Assembly (NCBI RefSeq): GCF_009914755.1
Contig: NC_060934.1
DNA length: 64,000 nucleotides
Strand: one strand, 5' to 3'
DNA from: the human T2T-CHM13v2.0 reference genome, Homo sapiens
Shown: in pieces, positions 60,104 to 64,000 of the stretch
Layout: the number at the start of each line of letters is the position of its first letter
How positions within the stretch are numbered: position 1 is the first letter of the stretch
The notes under the pieces: generated by a model
The model's database searches: none
What the model was told of the DNA's origin: nothing
What the model saw: the letters and a program-made list of their open reading frames with translations, nothing else
Position numbers and translations under genes: made by a program

Positions 60104-62516
60104 TGCAAGAATGTCCCAATTATTGCTAAATCCGACAACCCTATTACTTAGGCCATTTCTCTTTTTTTCTATGTAATCCATTTCTCTTATTTGAGAGAAT
60201 GACCCTCTTCTTTTTCTCATTTTTAATTTTTAATTTTTGTGGGTACATAGAAGATGTATATGTTTATGAGGTAGATGAGATATTTTGATACAGGTAGAAT
60301 CACATCAGGGTAAATGGGATATCCATACCTCGAGCCTTTATCCTTTCTTTGTGTTACAAAGAATCCAGTTATATTCTTTTAGTTATTTAAAAATATGAAA
60401 ATAAATTATGTTTTACTATAGTCATCCTGTTGCCCTGTTGTGCTAGCTAGCAAATACTAGATCTTATTCATTGTATCTAACTACATTATTGTATCCACTA
60501 ACCATCCCCACTCCACCTACCCCCTCACTACTCTTCCTAGTCCCTGGTAACCATCCTTCTACTCTTTATGAGTTCAATTATTTTAATTATTTTCTGACTC
60601 CTACAAATAAGTGAGAACATGTGAATTTTATCATTCTATGCCTGGCTTATTTCACTTAACCTAATGACCTCTGGTTCCATCCATGTTGTTGTAAATGACA
60701 GGATCTTTTTTTTTTTATGGCTGAATAGTAAAGTACCGTATTTTCCTTATCCATTCATCTGTTGATGGATACTTAGGTTGCTTCCAAATCTTTGTGAATA
60801 ATGCTGCAATAAACATGGGAGTACAGATATCTCTTTGATATACTGGTTTCTTTTCTTCGGGGTATTCCCAAACAGTGAGATTGCTGGATCATATGATAGC
60901 TTTATCTATAGTTTTTTGAGGAAACTCCAAACTGTTGTCCATAGTGGTTGTACTAACTTAAATTCTCATCAACAGTGTACAAGGGTTCCTTTTTCTCCAA
61001 ATCCTTGCCAGCATTTGTTATTGCTTGACTTTTGGGTAAAAGCCATTTTAACTGGAGTGAGGGGATATCTCATTGTAGTTTTTGATTTGCATTTTTCTGA
61101 TGATCAATGATGTTGATTACCTTTTCATATACCTGTTTGCCATTTACATGTCTTGTTTAAAAATGTCTATTGAGATCTTTAGTCCATTTTTAAATAAGAT
61201 TATTTTTCCTATAGAGTTTTTCCTATAGGGTTGTTTGAACTCCTTATATATTCTGATTATTAATCCTTTTTCAGATGGATGCTTTGCAAATATATTCTCC
61301 CATTCTGCAGATTGTCACTTCACTTTGTTGATTGTTTCCTTTACTGTGAAGAAGCTTCTTAACTTGATGTGATCCCATTTGTCCATTTTGCTTTGTGGGG
61401 TATTACTCAAGAAATCTTTGCCAAGACCAATGTCCTAGAGACTCTCCTCAATTTTTTTTAGTAGTTTTGTAGTTTGAGGTCCTATATTTAAGTCTTTAAT
61501 CCATTTTGATTTGATTTTTGCATATAGTGAGAGATGGGGGTCAAGTTTCATTCTTTTGTATATGGATACCCAGTTTTCCCAGCATCATTAACTGCAGAGA
61601 CTGTCCTTTCCACAATACATATTCATGGCAACTTTGTCAAAAATGAGCTCACTGTAGATGTGTGGATTTATTTTTGTGTTCTGTATCCTGTTCCATTGGT
61701 CTGTGTGTTTTTTATGCCAGTACTACGCTGTTTTGTTTACTCTAGCTTTGTAGTATAATTTGAAATTAAGTAACGTGATCCCTCCAGTTTTGTTCTTTTT
61801 GCTCAGGATGGCTTTGGCCATTCTAGGTATTTTGTGGCTCTGTATAAATTTTAGGGTTATTTTTTCTATTTCTATAAGGAATGCCATTGTTATTTTGATA
61901 GGGATTGCACTGAATCTGTAGATTCCTTTGGGTAGTATGGGCATTTTAACAATATTGATTCTTCCAATCCATGAACATAGAATAACTCAACTTTTTTGTG
62001 TCCTCTTTAATTTCTTGCATCAGTGTCTTATAGTTTTCATTGTAAAGATTGTTAACTTCTTTGGTTAATTCCTAAATGTTTTATTTCATTTGTAGCTATT
62101 GTAAATAGACTTTCTTTTTTTTTTTTTTTTTTTCAGATTGTTCACTGTTGGCATATAGAAATGTTAACTTATTTTTAATGTTGATTTTTCATCCTGCAAC
62201 TTTACTGAATTTGTTTATCAGTTCTAATAGTTTTTTGATGGTCTTTAGGCTTTTCCAAATATAAGATTATATCATTTGCAGGCAAAGATAATTTGACTTT
62301 TTCCTTTCTAGTTTGGATGCTCTTTATTTCTTTCTCTTGTCTGATTGTTCTAACTAGGACTTCTAGTACTGTGTTGAATAACAGTGGTGAAAGTAAGTAT
62401 TCTTGTCTTGTTCCAGATCTTAGAGGAAAGGCTTTCAGTTTTTCCCCCTTCAGTATGATACCAGCTGTGTGTCTTTTTTATTATGCTGAGGTAGGTTCCT
62501 TCTATACCCAGGTTTT

Positions 62517-63241
<725 letters not shown>

Positions 63242-63638
63242 TAATTGACATGCTCATATGGTTTTTGTCCTTCATTCTGCTGATATGATGCATCACATTG
63301 ATTGATTTGTGTATGTTGAACCATTCTTGCATCCTTGGGATAAATCCCATTTAGTCATAATGAATGACCTTTTTAATGTTTTGTTTAATTACGGTTGCTA
63401 GTATTTTGTTGGGGATTTTTGCGTCAATATTCATCAGAGTTATTGGCTGGTAGTTTTCTTTTTTTGACGTGTCTTTGGTTTTGGTATCAGGATAATGCTG
63501 GTCTCAGAATGAGTTTTGAAGTATTTCTTTGTTTTTTATTTTTTGAAATGGTTTCCCTAGGATTGGTATTACTTCTTTAAATATTTGGTAGAATACAGTA
63601 GTGATGCCATCAGGTCCCAAGCTTTTTTGCAGGGTGAC

Positions 63639-63731
63639 TTTTTTTTTTTTTTTTTTTTTGAGATGGAGTCTTTGCTCTATTGCCAAGCTGGAGTGCAGTG
63701 GCACGATCTCGTTTCACTGCAACCTCCGCCT
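63639..63731 (-). mobile_element. Severely 5'-truncated Alu (~70 bp plus tail)
   Basis: Poly(T), then gagatggagtc...aacctccgcc, then L1 resumes. Confidence 0.8.
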
Positions 63732-64000
63732 TGCTGGGAGGGCTTTTATTATGGTTTCAACATTATTGTTTTCAGTCTGTTTAGGTTTTGGATTTCTTCA
63801 TATGTGTCCGGGAGTTTATTCATTTCCTCTAGGTTTCCAATGTATTGGCCTATAGTTGCTCATAGTAGTCTCTAATGATCTTTTGAATTTCTGTGGTATC
63901 TGTTGTAATGTCTATTTTTTCATCTTTGATTTTATTTATTTGGATCTTCTTTCTTTTTTTCTTAGTTTGGCTAAAGTTTTGTAAAGTTTGTTTGTCTCTT

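Noticed and set aside
59741-60176. Pro/Ser/Leu- and Glu/Gly/Arg-rich ORFs
   Set aside because: Stop-free translation of the microsatellite.

Overview
This 64-kb window is AT-rich, repeat-dense primate genomic DNA. It is almost certainly human, because an AluYa5 is present at 41685. I see no host protein-coding gene, RNA gene or prokaryotic-type system. Nearly all ORFs in the track come from L1, Alu, LTR or simple repeats. The window is a layered nest of transposons: a young L1PA2-like element with TSDs inside an old L1MA, two L1PA15/16-type elements in opposite orientation, 13 Alus, several solo LTRs (MLT2, THE1, MST, MLT1, MER57, LTR1-like), Tigger3, MER20, MIR/L2 and microsatellites. I cannot support a new biological system here. 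The most unusual structures are: (1) the L1PA2 keeps its 5'UTR and an ORF0 but has lost ~1.5 kb internally through a complex inverted-templated junction that fuses ORF1 in-frame to ORF2; (2) an apparently much older L1ME segment sits inside a younger Tigger3; (3) candidate 3' transductions and several local template-switch or duplication scars. Subfamily calls come from recalled consensus sequences, and boundaries of old elements are approximate.
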